Assembly (NCBI GenBank): GCA_048885865.1
Contig: JBHLLF010000021.1
Location: forward strand, 1-48,711
Reading direction: 5' to 3'
DNA: 48,711 bases
Source of the DNA: Candidatus Hermodarchaeota archaeon
GTDB taxonomy: Archaea > Asgardarchaeota > Thorarchaeia > Thorarchaeales > Thorarchaeaceae
Shown: piece after piece, positions 37,646 to 48,427 of the stretch
Position numbering within the stretch: the stretch's first letter is position 1
How the letters are laid out: each line of letters begins with the position of its first letter
The notes under the pieces: model-generated
The model's input: the letters and a program-made list of their open reading frames with translations, nothing else
Told to the model about the DNA's origin: nothing
Databases searched by the model: none
Position numbers and translations under genes: made by a program

Positions 37646-38017
37646 CTATAATGTAAGAGATGTGTAAGACTTGCTGATGATTAACCATTTGCCTTCATCT
37701 TGAAGAAGTGTCAGGTAGTCTGTAAGTATAGTCCTCTCGGTTGGAGTTTCTCTGAGTACCATTACCTTTGCAGAAGCGATGTTTCTAGTCACATCAATCG
37801 ATGCAATCGTACTGGTTCTCTTTTCTTCCTGATCTATCGGATTCTTGCACCAATCTTCCCAGAATGAGCGAGGGACTGAATTCACTTCATCATCCCTTAC
37901 AAAACTCATTCTTGCTTCAGAATGCCAGGATTCTTGAAACTTATTCCAATCTTTGTGTTTCACTGCCTCCAGATAGGTATTGACCGTTTTTCGAACAGTC
38001 TCTATTTCTTCGATCAT
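37646..38017 (-). CDS. NTF2-like / lumazine-binding family protein
   Basis: I.SIDV....ASAKV and TDYLTLL...GKW.I.SK motifs. Confidence 0.8.
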   Translation of the reverse strand: MIEEIETVRKTVNTYLEAVKHKDWNKFQESWHSEARMSFVRDDEVNSVPRSFWEDWCKNPIDQEEKRTSTIASIDVTRNIASAKVMVLRETPTERTILTDYLTLLQDEGKWLIISKSYTSLTL

Positions 38018-38126
38018 AATTCTAAGCTCCAAGTTTTGATGTGGTGTCTTGAGGCTGTATCAAACATAAGGTTAGTACTGACCTAAGACTGGACCAAGTT
38101 ATCAGAACAAGGGATGATGAAGATGC

Positions 38127-38151
38127 AAAATGAAAGGGCGCTCAGCAATGT
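38127..38151 (-). repeat. 16S-trailer repeat copy R2 (25 bp)
   Basis: AAAATGAAAGGGCGCTCAGCAATGT matches 48428-48452 at 24/25. Confidence 0.85.
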
Positions 38152-38167
38152 CTCTTGACTTGTATTC

Positions 38168-39460
38168 CTAGGGGAAAATACCTCTAAGCTCGATAGCTCG
38201 AGCCACTCTTCTGATAGCGAGCGCTAATGCGGCTCTTCTAAGGCTCTTGAGATTGAACTCCTCAGCTGTTTTATCTACTTCATAGTAGGCACGAATAAGC
38301 ACCTCACGGAGCCTATCATTGACCTGTTTTTCATCCCAGAAGAAGTACTGAAGTCCTTGTACCCATTCCAAATAGGAGACTGTCACTCCGCCGGCATTTG
38401 CCAGAATGTCTGGTATTACAGCAATTTGCCGTTCTTGAAGAATATCGTCAGCTTGGGCCGTAGTGGGTCCGTTTGCGCCCTCTACAATGATGCTTGCTTC
38501 TATGGAATCTGCATTTTCTTTGCGTATCACCTCTCCAATAGCGCACGGAGCTAGGACATCCACATCCAGTTTGAAGAGCTCCTCATTTGTGAGGGCATCC
38601 AATCCTGGGTAGCCTTCAACGGATTTCCTTGGGTGTTGAGATGCATATTCTAGTAGCTTCATTGTATCCAATCCATCGGGGTCGTAGACTCCTCCGAATG
38701 CATCTGTTATACCCACAATCTTGGCTCCAGCCTGGCTAGCTGAAATTGCGAAGTGACTTCCCACATTCCCAAACCCTTGTAGGGCAATAGTGATTCCTTT
38801 ACATTTTCTCTTTTGCTGGCGAAGAGCCTCCTGCATGGTGTAGAACACTCCTCTTCCAGTAGCTTCAACTCTGCCCACACTTCCTCCAGTTTCTACAGGC
38901 TTTCCTGTAACGACACCGAGCTCGGTATGACCTTTTATCATTGAATATGTGTCCATAATCCACGCCATCATCTGGGGATTGGTGTTAATATCCGGCGCGG
39001 GAATATCTGATTCTGGTCCAATCATATTGATTAAACTATAAGTAAAACGCCGAGTCAATTTCCTTAGCTCATCTGATGACAACTTCCAAGGATCACAAAC
39101 AACGCCCCCTTTCGCACCACCATAAGGAATATTGACGACTGCTGTTTTCCAAGTCATTAGAGCAGCAAGAGCTTTGACTTCATCAAGATTCACATCTGGA
39201 CTGAATCTGATTCCTCCTTTACAAGGTCCCCGATGATGGGAGTGTTGAACTCTATACCCTTCAAACACTTTTACAATACCATCATCCATCTGAACTGGAA
39301 TACTAGTGATGAGTATTCTATCTGGCTTTTCTAGAATACTTAGTATATTACTATCCAATTTGATAATTTCAGCAACATCTCGCAGCTGAGTGAGAACATT
39401 ATTCCACGGGTTTGTTTCTAGCTTTTCTTGAATTTCTCGACGCATAGACATTGTCTCCAT
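38168..39460 (-). CDS. gdhA: Glutamate dehydrogenase (Glu/Leu/Phe/Val family)
   Basis: GPCKGGIRF, MTWK, GGAKGG, DIPAPD, GFGNVG, EGANGP and NAGGV.VSY.EW motifs. Confidence 0.93.
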   Translation of the reverse strand: METMSMRREIQEKLETNPWNNVLTQLRDVAEIIKLDSNILSILEKPDRILITSIPVQMDDGIVKVFEGYRVQHSHHRGPCKGGIRFSPDVNLDEVKALAALMTWKTAVVNIPYGGAKGGVVCDPWKLSSDELRKLTRRFTYSLINMIGPESDIPAPDINTNPQMMAWIMDTYSMIKGHTELGVVTGKPVETGGSVGRVEATGRGVFYTMQEALRQQKRKCKGITIALQGFGNVGSHFAISASQAGAKIVGITDAFGGVYDPDGLDTMKLLEYASQHPRKSVEGYPGLDALTNEELFKLDVDVLAPCAIGEVIRKENADSIEASIIVEGANGPTTAQADDILQERQIAVIPDILANAGGVTVSYLEWVQGLQYFFWDEKQVNDRLREVLIRAYYEVDKTAEEFNLKSLRRAALALAIRRVARAIELRGIFP

Positions 39461-39516
39461 GTTTTTCGACCTCCTATTCCCAACCACGTTTATGATGATA
39501 ATCACATGATAATTTG

Positions 39517-40323
39517 CTAATCTATCGTAATACTCAGAAACAGACTTTCCATATCCTCCACAATTCTATTCGCATCTTCCAGAAAATCCGGTTTACTATC
39601 ATAGTCCCATTCGCATAGCCAACCTCCTGACTCTTCCCTCCTCCGTTTACCATTTTCTAATCGAAAACCCATAAAGGCAGGCTTTGGCGAAAGCGACATT
39701 CTAAGATTAATCCAATCTGGAAGCGTCGTGATGAAGTTTATTGTTTGATCGAATGCAACGCGGATTGGAAGTGTGGGAGAAGACTTTACATACCACTCGG
39801 GAGAGATGCAGTCCTCTAGTGGACCCTCGTACCAATCTAATTGCAATGTTCGGGCAATCATGCCTGGCCATATCAGAAGTACAAAAGCTAGCTCGGCTTC
39901 GCGTTCGTTAGAATATCCCCCTCGAGCTCGTATAGCTAAGGCCGCACAAGGAACCGATTCAGGAATGAGTGTTTCACTCCAATTCCTCAGCATGGTCAAG
40001 AATGTCTTCCTAGCTTCTATGTAACTCATGTTCGATCTGTATTTGTAAAGTGGAAGTTGTACAATTCTTGCCCTTGATGGGAGTCTTCCACAGATCTCAT
40101 TCCAAAGCTCAGAACTCAAACTATTGAATCTTCCAGAGTGATCCATTTTTTCTCCCCCCCTAGGTAGTTCAAGGGGAACAGGGTTGTGTGAATCTATCGG
40201 GAAATGGCCCGGAATGGTATCAACAAGTCTGATTTCCTCGTGAATGGCGATATTTGGAAGATCTAGTAGATTCCTAAGACTTCCCCAAACCAAAGATAAT
40301 CCATAATTCGTCGAGGATTCCAT
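39517..40323 (-). CDS. Hypothetical protein between two GDH genes
   Basis: 268-aa ORF tightly packed in the operon. Confidence 0.65.
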   Translation of the reverse strand: MESSTNYGLSLVWGSLRNLLDLPNIAIHEEIRLVDTIPGHFPIDSHNPVPLELPRGGEKMDHSGRFNSLSSELWNEICGRLPSRARIVQLPLYKYRSNMSYIEARKTFLTMLRNWSETLIPESVPCAALAIRARGGYSNEREAELAFVLLIWPGMIARTLQLDWYEGPLEDCISPEWYVKSSPTLPIRVAFDQTINFITTLPDWINLRMSLSPKPAFMGFRLENGKRRREESGGWLCEWDYDSKPDFLEDANRIVEDMESLFLSITID

Positions 40324-40328
40324 TTGGC

Positions 40329-41537
40329 CTACCTGCCTTCGTATTTTCCTCGCTTTTCCATTGCATCCAGAACTCTTTGTTGAGCAATTTCCTTTGCTAT
40401 CACTCGTGGACTTAGACCTCTATCTAGAGCCTGCTCCAATACAAGTCGGGTATTGCTACTAATTTTGGATTCTATCATGGAGAATGCCTCAGCTTCATTT
40501 CCCCTCTTGTATTCCACATACGAGCCTATGACTCCGCCAGCATTCGCAAGAAAGTCTGGTATGATAATCGTCCCCTTCTTCCATAGCAACTCTTCTGCCC
40601 GGGGATTTGTAGCGTTGTTTGCCCCCTCAATGATATATCTGGCCTTAATCGAGTCATAGGTATTCAGATTTATGACATCCCCCACTGCACATGGAATTAA
40701 AATGTCGCAGTCGATACTCAGTATTTCATCTCGGGGCAGTATTTGACCAAACCTATAGTTCTTGACAGAGTCTCTTTCTCGTGTTGCATAGGAATACTTC
40801 TCAGCATTCTCGATATCAATCCCATCAGGATTGTATGTTGTCCCCCAGTAGTCGTTAAGTGCAACTATTTTAGCTCCTTTTGCAGCAAGGTATTTTGCAA
40901 TTCCCAAACCAACATTACCAAAGCCTTGGATAACGATCCTGTTCTCAGATAGATCTTCACAGAGACCGAGATGATTACAGAGAATTCCAAGTCCAGTTTC
41001 TAGAGCAATTCCTACTCCAAATCCGGTTGTACCAAGCTCATGGGGGATTCCACCCATCGAAGCCGGCTTGCCTGTAGCAGCTTTAAGGTCTCCGACCTCA
41101 TCAACAAATGCTGCCACCTCATTTTCTCCAACATTCATATCTGGAGCCGCAATATATTGTGATGGTACAAGAGGCGCTATTTTACTTGCGAATTCCCTGA
41201 TGAATCTGATTTTGTCGATTTCGAACGGATTCGCTCTGATTCCGGATTTTGCCCCTCCAAATGGGATGTCTGCAAGTGCACATTTCCAAGTCATAGCTCG
41301 TGCCAACCGAAATACTTCCAGAGGAGTAACTGTAGGAGATATTCGAATGCCCCCTTTGCCAGGTCCAAGAGCCGTATTATCAATGACGAGAACTCCCTGC
41401 ATTTGAGTTTCCGGATCATAGACTTGGATTACTTCCTCCGGCCCCCAGATGTCGAGAAAGGCTGAAACATTAACCTGATTCAAAGCGTCTATTATACCTT
41501 CAGCATCGATAACTTCGGTGTCCCTTTGAACAGACAT
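40329..41537 (-). CDS. Second Glu/Leu/Phe/Val dehydrogenase
   Basis: GPGKGGIR, MTWK, GGAKSG, GFGNVG and NAGGVI.SY.E motifs. Confidence 0.92.
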   Translation of the reverse strand: MSVQRDTEVIDAEGIIDALNQVNVSAFLDIWGPEEVIQVYDPETQMQGVLVIDNTALGPGKGGIRISPTVTPLEVFRLARAMTWKCALADIPFGGAKSGIRANPFEIDKIRFIREFASKIAPLVPSQYIAAPDMNVGENEVAAFVDEVGDLKAATGKPASMGGIPHELGTTGFGVGIALETGLGILCNHLGLCEDLSENRIVIQGFGNVGLGIAKYLAAKGAKIVALNDYWGTTYNPDGIDIENAEKYSYATRERDSVKNYRFGQILPRDEILSIDCDILIPCAVGDVINLNTYDSIKARYIIEGANNATNPRAEELLWKKGTIIIPDFLANAGGVIGSYVEYKRGNEAEAFSMIESKISSNTRLVLEQALDRGLSPRVIAKEIAQQRVLDAMEKRGKYEGR

Positions 41538-41754
41538 CTTTATCACTTGAGTACAGAATGAAACACATGCTATATAGAAAAGACGCCATAGGCATGTACA
41601 ATTGTGCCATCTCTATATAAGATTCAACCACATTGATGCCATAAATGCATAACCTCTTTCACAAAATCGGTATATTAAAATGTACAAATTTGGCACATTA
41701 TCAATAGCAATATGCCTTCATAATACAATCCCTAGTTGTTGCGAGACTGTCAAA

Positions 41755-42831
41755 ATGACTGATCCACTTAATGACCCGTTGAATGTTGAATTGCTCAAGC
41801 TAGTCTGCTCAGGGCAGGGGGTCGAGATTAATGTGAGTGAACTTGCTGAAACTTTCAGAAAACATAGGAACACTATTTCATCACGAATTGATAATATCTT
41901 CAGGTATGAAATTGTAGACAAACCATTTCATCCTTTGCCATTACTGTTCAATCAGTACCCCTTTCTAGTTATTGAAAAATGCGAGTTCCCGCGTGATATT
42001 AGAACTAACAAGTGGATTGAATTGGATCCTTTCATATGGGCGGCATTCTTCTTTAGAGATGAAGAGTATAATACTCTATTAATCGAACTCCATAAAGACC
42101 TGTTTCATTACCAAACGTGGAAAGATCGTATTGTTGATGAGGGACTAGTTTCTATCAAGCGTGGTCGTGACTATATACATTCGCAAGCAATCTACGTTGA
42201 TACGAAAGCGATGATCAAATATGACCCTTCATCAAATTTGCATGTAATTAAGGAGAATCAGCGAGAGGGCATTCTTGGAGAAATAAATGGTCTGGAAATG
42301 GACAATACATACCTGAACCTTATAGAAGCTCTCCTTCGAGGGAGAGGAGTATGGACTAATCCTAATGCTCTTGCCAAAAGATTAGGGATACACCGCAGAA
42401 CTGCTCAACGACGCTTGAAGCTTTTGCTAGATAAGCGAATAATCTCACCAGCAGTGTCTCGATTTCCACGAATTTGGGTACCTCCTGAATACTTCATGGT
42501 GCTTTCATTACTCGAAATAAAATCACACAAAGAGCAGATTCAAAATGCGCTTTCTGCTGACCCGCATATTTCTTTCTTAGCGAAGACCGTCGCTGACCGC
42601 TATAATTACGTCAGCATTGCTGGATTCTACAAAGTACGAGACCATCTGAATTGGGAGGAGGAGTATAGCCAGAGGTTCTCAGAATCACTCGGCGCTGTAA
42701 AGAATGTCTATTTGTCGCCGGCTATGACTTTCTCGATTCACCAACAGTTTGTCGCACTCACATACCTGGACCAACTAGCAGACCAGCTACGAGGAAGGGA
42801 ACTACTCAGTAGCATGAGAGGTCGTGGTTGA
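41755..42831 (+). CDS. Tandem wHTH/Lrp-like regulator, paralogue of 44897-45940
   Basis: N.S.L....KHRNTI..R and LA..LG.HRRT.Q.R HTH segments. Confidence 0.7.
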   Translation: MTDPLNDPLNVELLKLVCSGQGVEINVSELAETFRKHRNTISSRIDNIFRYEIVDKPFHPLPLLFNQYPFLVIEKCEFPRDIRTNKWIELDPFIWAAFFFRDEEYNTLLIELHKDLFHYQTWKDRIVDEGLVSIKRGRDYIHSQAIYVDTKAMIKYDPSSNLHVIKENQREGILGEINGLEMDNTYLNLIEALLRGRGVWTNPNALAKRLGIHRRTAQRRLKLLLDKRIISPAVSRFPRIWVPPEYFMVLSLLEIKSHKEQIQNALSADPHISFLAKTVADRYNYVSIAGFYKVRDHLNWEEEYSQRFSESLGAVKNVYLSPAMTFSIHQQFVALTYLDQLADQLRGRELLSSMRGRG

Positions 42832-42966
42832 TTCAACATGACTCTCTTGATTCTATGAGCTACTAGGTTTCTTGCTCCAATGATAGTGAAGACCGTTTAT
42901 GATCATACAAGAGAGCTACTCGGGAAACAGAACTTCTCCAATAATTCCCTTTATTCATTTACCTCA

Positions 42967-43725
42967 CTAAAAGAACATCACTTTGGTTAGGGTAAAGAGA
43001 CCTATCGCTATCACTGCTACGCCTATTACCTCTCTTAATTTATGCATACTAATCTTTGAAACAGTCAATGCTGCGAACGGCGTTGCTAGCAATGCTCCTG
43101 CACAGATAGGTAACAATATCGTCAATACGTCTATGTTTCCAATAAAGAGGTATCCAATTACTCCCATTACGCACACCGCCGCCTCAGATATTGAGGTTAC
43201 AGCAATGGCAGCCTTTCCGTCAACCCCACTGAGTAATTGCCCGGAAACAGATACCGGACCATATCCTCCACCTGATATTCCTTTATTGAAGGCACATAAT
43301 AGCCCTATTGAAGCCATCTTCTTTAACTGGTATCCACCCACGTGCTTTCTTCTGAGCAATACCAGACTTCCCATCGCAATCACAAGAAATGCAATATAGA
43401 CCTTGACGTAGAATGACGGAATTGAGATAGCAAAGACCATAGCAACAGCAATTCCTAGAACCCCTGACAACACAAGTACTCTCAAAGAAACCCTAGCGAT
43501 CTTGTTATTGACAATATCCACATTTCCTGCTTGATTATGGAAATAACCACTAGCGAACCCCGTCAGCATCTCACTTACCAATATCGCCGGGACAATAATC
43601 AGTGGCTCAAATCCGAAAATTATGAGCAGTGGTGTCATTATCGTGCCATAGCCCCCACCCAAAGTGGAATCTACCAGTTCCAAGAAGAATGCTAACAGGA
43701 CTAGCTCCAAGACTAAATTAGTCAG
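42967..43725 (-). CDS. TauE/SafE (TSUP) sulfite exporter family protein
   Basis: VDSTLGGGYG...P.L and SGGGYGP motifs; about 8 TM. Confidence 0.88.
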   Translation of the reverse strand: MTNLVLELVLLAFFLELVDSTLGGGYGTIMTPLLIIFGFEPLIIVPAILVSEMLTGFASGYFHNQAGNVDIVNNKIARVSLRVLVLSGVLGIAVAMVFAISIPSFYVKVYIAFLVIAMGSLVLLRRKHVGGYQLKKMASIGLLCAFNKGISGGGYGPVSVSGQLLSGVDGKAAIAVTSISEAAVCVMGVIGYLFIGNIDVLTILLPICAGALLATPFAALTVSKISMHKLREVIGVAVIAIGLFTLTKVMFF

Positions 43726-43939
43726 GAACCTCACCCCTCGCTTCATATTCATGTTTCAGTGGCTGGATTGTACCACTTCTAGTTCGATGTTTTTTCATTC
43801 TACGTTCCCACTCTTTCTCCTTACATGACTTCTTGGGCTTCTTCGGCTTAGACCTGAGAGCGATCCAACCATAGTAGATGACAAGTCCCAGAATCACGAA
43901 GAAGATGTAGAAGAACCACCTGTCCGAGAAGGTCGACAT
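43718..43939 (-). CDS. Small membrane protein with basic tail
   Basis: N-terminal TM; overlaps the TSUP start. Confidence 0.55.
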   Translation of the reverse strand: MSTFSDRWFFYIFFVILGLVIYYGWIALRSKPKKPKKSCKEKEWERRMKKHRTRSGTIQPLKHEYEARGEVPD

Positions 43940-43990
43940 TCATATTCCCCCTTCACATCTACAGCAGAGATGCCTACTTAGCTCGTTCCA

Positions 43991-44710
43991 CTAGGCGACT
44001 ACGGCTGCATGTGGTCCCTTTCTGATTTTGGTTTCCATTCTTTCGATTCGCTTTAGGATTCGATCAAGAGTGTGTATCATCCCTTCAAGGTTCTCATCTA
44101 GAGCGCCATGGGTCATGATTTTCTCTACATTCAGTAGGGCAAGCTGCGCCTCATATATCGTGTCATAGACCGTGCTTGGATACTTGACTATGTAGTCCTC
44201 AGTCAAGACATATCTTATCAGGTCGAGTATCTCCTCTGTCCCGAAGACCTTCATATCAATGGCCCTTCGGGGACACCCGGCAACACAAACACCGCAGCCT
44301 CGACATCTTTCCTGACGTACGGTTATGCATCTGTTGACTATTATCGGTGCATCCCATGGACACAAGTCAGTACAAAGACCACATAGTATGCAACCTTTGG
44401 CACCATCCATCCTAACCTCTATTGTAGACACTAGGGCGAGCTCTGTTGCGTTTAGTGCTTCTTTTGGGTCCCCAATTATCTCAGCCTCAGATTCTGTAAG
44501 CGTTTTTCTCTCAGGGTCATGCAGAATGGTGGGAACAACTCCTCGTTTCTTCAGCTCTCTTTCAATCTTGGAAACATAAACGGAACACGTGCTTATTGTA
44601 TTCTTCAAAGAAACTAACATCAGTTTGAGGTCGCTGTCAGAATGAATGGCCGCCCGTCTAGGGAGCATTAAACTGAACGAGTGTCTTCTTCCAGATACAG
44701 CGTCGGTCAT
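43991..44710 (-). CDS. 2x[4Fe-4S] ferredoxin-domain protein flanked by helical regions
   Basis: CILCGLCTDLCP and CRGCGVCVAGCP motifs. Confidence 0.8.
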   Translation of the reverse strand: MTDAVSGRRHSFSLMLPRRAAIHSDSDLKLMLVSLKNTISTCSVYVSKIERELKKRGVVPTILHDPERKTLTESEAEIIGDPKEALNATELALVSTIEVRMDGAKGCILCGLCTDLCPWDAPIIVNRCITVRQERCRGCGVCVAGCPRRAIDMKVFGTEEILDLIRYVLTEDYIVKYPSTVYDTIYEAQLALLNVEKIMTHGALDENLEGMIHTLDRILKRIERMETKIRKGPHAAVVA

Positions 44711-44896
44711 TATGTTTCGGTTAAGATGTGGAATGATTTGTAGATATATGACAGCTACAAATTCTGGTTTGAAAATGTCACATGTGCTCCTTTTGGAGTT
44801 TTCAATTCAATCATATTGAACATACTGCGCCTATATAACGTGCATATTTGCACCTCAAGGGTAAATATCCTAATGGTAGAATCATTCTTTTCAGTC

Positions 44897-45940
44897 CTAA
44901 TTGGATGGTTTCTTTCTTCGCAATTGCTTCAGTCTTCGCTCTATTATCCCCAAGGACACCTTCTGTTGGTTGAGGAACAACCGCATCTTAGGTAGGAGAA
45001 GGGTTATGGCCGCCATGCCAAAGCAACCCGGATAGATGTTAGAGTATTTCTCTTCCCAAATGAGATGGTCTTCAATACTACGATAATTCGCAAAAAGAAG
45101 GTAATTATACCTACCCATACTTGTTCTGTAAATGATGCTCAAGTGTGGGTCTTTCATCCATTCTACCAGAATATCTTCACGGTGATTCTTCATTTCAATA
45201 AGGGAGAATGCAAGGATAAATCCTGGCGGGCTAAAGAACTGCGGAAACCTACACAAGGGATTAAGAATAATCCCTGCTCTTGTCATCTTTGCTATCCTGT
45301 TTTGCACAGCCCGTCTACTCAAGCCCACATCTCTCGACAGAAAACTCTCGTTGACCTTTATCCCTCTTCCTTCCAGAAGATGCCTTAGGATTTCGAAATC
45401 TAGACCCTTTAGTTCATAGCCATCAATGTCAGCATACCCCTGTTTCTCGATCTCCTCCTCTATCAGTCTTAGCCCTATGTTGGGTTCATATTTGATTATG
45501 AGTTTGTTTGAGAAGAAGAGTACACTCGACGGGAATCTTGTGTTTCGCGAAGGGACTACTCCTTTTTCCACAAGCGACTCCCTCCACATATAGTGCCCAT
45601 AGAGATCCGTGTGAAACTCGAGCCGCATCGTGTTGAATTCCTCTTCTCTTATCTTGAAAGAAGCGAAGATTCGTTCGTCGTCTTTCATCCATTGCTCGAT
45701 TTTTTTGCTGGGAGGCAGGTCTGCCCGGGTGACAACCAGCAAAGGGTATTCATTTAGTAAGTGGATGAAAGGGAATACAGGCCGATCGATAATTCCTTGT
45801 TCGAGAAGAACAGTCACCCTCTCCTTTATGGTATTTCTGTGTCTTCTCAGAAGCCTCGACAGCATGCTGATGTTTATTTCCACTCCCTTTCCAGAGCAGA
45901 TGTTCTTGAGAAGGAGCAAGTTCCGTTCATCATTAAGCAA
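44897..45940 (-). CDS. Tandem wHTH/Lrp-like regulator, paralogue of 41755-42831
   Basis: LNDERNL.LLK.ICSG.GVEIN.S.L and YP.LV..EE.NT..E.H.DL shared with the paralogue. Confidence 0.7.
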   Translation of the reverse strand: MLNDERNLLLLKNICSGKGVEINISMLSRLLRRHRNTIKERVTVLLEQGIIDRPVFPFIHLLNEYPLLVVTRADLPPSKKIEQWMKDDERIFASFKIREEEFNTMRLEFHTDLYGHYMWRESLVEKGVVPSRNTRFPSSVLFFSNKLIIKYEPNIGLRLIEEEIEKQGYADIDGYELKGLDFEILRHLLEGRGIKVNESFLSRDVGLSRRAVQNRIAKMTRAGIILNPLCRFPQFFSPPGFILAFSLIEMKNHREDILVEWMKDPHLSIIYRTSMGRYNYLLFANYRSIEDHLIWEEKYSNIYPGCFGMAAITLLLPKMRLFLNQQKVSLGIIERRLKQLRRKKPSN

Positions 45941-46075
45941 TGCACAAAACCCTCTCTATATCTGAATTGGTAATTATATCACAATATGATTCCCATTGAC
46001 ATCAGAAAAAGGCTGTGATTGATGTGCAGTTTTAGATAATATTGGACTATGATATACCATTCAGTACATAGAAGA

Positions 46076-46372
46076 CTAAAATTCCACCATCTCTTGAGCA
46101 AGCTTACGTGTCTGCCCTATCATTCTCTCAACTCTCTTATCGCTAATCCTGTAGAGTTTCCTAACACCATCCTTTCGCACTCGTAATATTCCAGCTCTGA
46201 CCATTTGAGTCAGATAAGCAGAAACTGTAGATTGAGCCAGACCAAATCGCGGGAATATATCACATTGGCATTGCTCACCGTCCAAGAGAAAGTCAACGAT
46301 ATCTAACCGAACAGGATTACCAAGCGCTTTGTGAAAGTCCGCTCTCCATTTATTCTCCTTATTCATGTTCAT
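46076..46372 (-). CDS. arsR: ArsR/SmtB family regulator
   Basis: KALGNPVRL.I, GEQCQCD and QSTVS motifs; next to acr3. Confidence 0.85.
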   Translation of the reverse strand: MNMNKENKWRADFHKALGNPVRLDIVDFLLDGEQCQCDIFPRFGLAQSTVSAYLTQMVRAGILRVRKDGVRKLYRISDKRVERMIGQTRKLAQEMVEF

Positions 46373-46445
46373 CCGGTATCTCTCTCCATATCTTCATTCA
46401 AGCATGGCACTGCCAATAAACCGCTTTGGCTTGACTGATTCGAAA

Positions 46446-47525
46446 CTACATAGGTTTTCCTTTCCAGTAGTTTCTCCTTTGCAGGTACTTGCCCAGGTAA
46501 ACAATACCTAGCATCACTGGCACCTCCCAAAACAGTCCCATTGTAGTCCCTAGCGCGGCAATGGATCCGACCCCGTAAATCGCGATTGCTGTCGCGATAG
46601 CAATCTCAAAATGACTTGATGAACCAATGATGACGGTAATCACTCCCTCTCGGTATGCGAGGTTTGCCATTCGTGTCACTAGAAGGTTGTAACCAACTAC
46701 TATTGCAAATCCAATCAAGAGCGGAATCGAAACAAGAACTAGGAGATCGGGATTCTCCAGCATGACTCTCCCGTTCAATGAGAAAAGTACCACTAGAGTG
46801 GTCAAGAGAGCTACTAGCGCCAATTTCCCCACAGCTGGGCGATATTTCTCATCAAACCATTCTATCCCTTTCCAAGGCACAAGTGATTTCCTTGTGATGA
46901 TTCCGAGCGCCAAGGGTATTCCTATGAATACAAGTACTGAAACAAACAATGCCCATCGATCTATGGGAATGGCGGAGATACCAGTAAAAAGCGCAACAAT
47001 TGGTGCATAGAGGACTATTATTGTAGCTGTGTTTAGAGTTGTATTGACAACATTTTGCTCCTGGTTTCCCTCAGCCAGATAACCCCAGACCAGGACCATT
47101 GCAGTGCAGGGACTCGAGGACAGCAAGATTATAGCTACTATCAGTTGTGCGTTGCCAGCCAGAAAGAGATTTGCGAGAGCAAATCCAACTATAGGAGCAA
47201 TAATCCAATTAGAAAACAATGTGAGAATGATTGGTTTTGGATTCTTGCCGAGTTTCCTTAGCTCAGACGCCTGAATGTTGAGCATTGCTGGGTACATCAT
47301 CAGGAACAAGCAAATTCCGATGGGCACTGAGATATTACCGATTTTCCAAGAATCAATGGCTTCGCCTATGCCCGGTATAGTCAATGAAAGAAGAATTCCA
47401 GCAATCATGCAGATTGCAACCCAGAGAGGGAGATACTTCTCAAAGATTCCAAGTTCTCTCTCTGGTTCAACCAGCTTTTCGGTACTGGTTTGAGGGGCTG
47501 ACTCATGTTGATTGTCCTCGTCCAT
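46446..47525 (-). CDS. acr3: Acr3 arsenite efflux transporter
   Basis: EKYL..WV, MMYP, PCTAMV.VW, SS.FE.AIA and EVPVM motifs. Confidence 0.92.
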   Translation of the reverse strand: MDEDNQHESAPQTSTEKLVEPERELGIFEKYLPLWVAICMIAGILLSLTIPGIGEAIDSWKIGNISVPIGICLFLMMYPAMLNIQASELRKLGKNPKPIILTLFSNWIIAPIVGFALANLFLAGNAQLIVAIILLSSSPCTAMVLVWGYLAEGNQEQNVVNTTLNTATIIVLYAPIVALFTGISAIPIDRWALFVSVLVFIGIPLALGIITRKSLVPWKGIEWFDEKYRPAVGKLALVALLTTLVVLFSLNGRVMLENPDLLVLVSIPLLIGFAIVVGYNLLVTRMANLAYREGVITVIIGSSSHFEIAIATAIAIYGVGSIAALGTTMGLFWEVPVMLGIVYLGKYLQRRNYWKGKPM

Positions 47526-47604
47526 GTTTCCCACCAATTCGTGTGAATGAGTTTCATCGAATAATCGCGATATATAAATAAATGGAGTCCGATTTGATAC
47601 TATA

Positions 47605-47684
47605 GAAGATGAGGGTGCTCAGCAATGTGAGAAGGGCATTTCCCCAATACTCTATCTCACCGCCGCCTACACTTCTCTCTGACC
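47605..47684 (-). repeat. 16S-trailer repeat copy R1 (~80 bp)
   Basis: 47612-47668 is identical (57 bp) to 48436-48492, followed by ACTTCTCTCT. Confidence 0.95.
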
Positions 47685-47709
47685 TGATGTATCTGTACAG
47701 ACCAGAAAC

Positions 47710-48273
47710 TCACTCTATAGGATGCTTCCCTACAGACCAGGCATCACCAATGGCTTCGCCGATCGCCCAGTATTTGTCACCAGGTTTAGTGAAAACGAAG
47801 GGATCAATCTTCTTTGGATCAACATCATCATCGGTCATGCAGCGTTCATCGGCATAGGCATGCTGGACTTCTCCAAGAACAAGTACACTCGCCGGCAGCT
47901 CGATGAGATCATAGACTGAACACTCCACACAGAAAGGACACTCTTGAATCATGGGGACATTCTCAAGTTTGCCATAGAAGATGTTGAAGAGTATTGACTT
48001 GTCGACGCTTCTTCCAGAATAAAGTCCACAGTAGTCGGTCTTCTCGACTAAGTCCGTGCTGGGAATGTTTATGCTGAAGCTGCCATTCTGTTTTATACCC
48101 TCAAGGGTGTACCTCTTCTTGCTTATGGCAACGCCCCAGATGTTTGGACTCCGGTTAAGACGATTGAACCAAGCAACAGTAATGAAGTTGGGACGGCCTT
48201 CTACTATTGAACCTACAAGGGCAATGGGCTTCGGAAACGGAGCAATCTCGGGACTAATCTCTATCTTAGACAT
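47710..48273 (-). CDS. Flavin reductase family protein
   Basis: G.PNF..VAW, FS.NIP, TDYCG..SG and PMI.ECP motifs; start MSKIE. Confidence 0.88.
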   Translation of the reverse strand: MSKIEISPEIAPFPKPIALVGSIVEGRPNFITVAWFNRLNRSPNIWGVAISKKRYTLEGIKQNGSFSINIPSTDLVEKTDYCGLYSGRSVDKSILFNIFYGKLENVPMIQECPFCVECSVYDLIELPASVLVLGEVQHAYADERCMTDDDVDPKKIDPFVFTKPGDKYWAIGEAIGDAWSVGKHPIE

Positions 48274-48427
48274 GATTTGCAGCCCGCTGAAACGGATTGA
48301 GTACGTAAGAATGATGGATGGACGACCTTTTAGGCTATCCTGTAAGCAAATAGTTTGAGGGGGGCCAGTCATTCCTTGTTTTCGGACCTGCCCCGAACTC
48401 ATTAACCACAAGCTCAGCAACAATTTG

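Noticed and set aside
12590-47493. Many antisense ORFs opposite membrane proteins
   Set aside because: Typical shadow ORFs with no motifs, fully overlapping well-supported genes.
47609-47857. 82-aa + strand ORF and the similar 33841-34059 ORF
   Set aside because: They translate repeat sequence and lie antisense to real genes.
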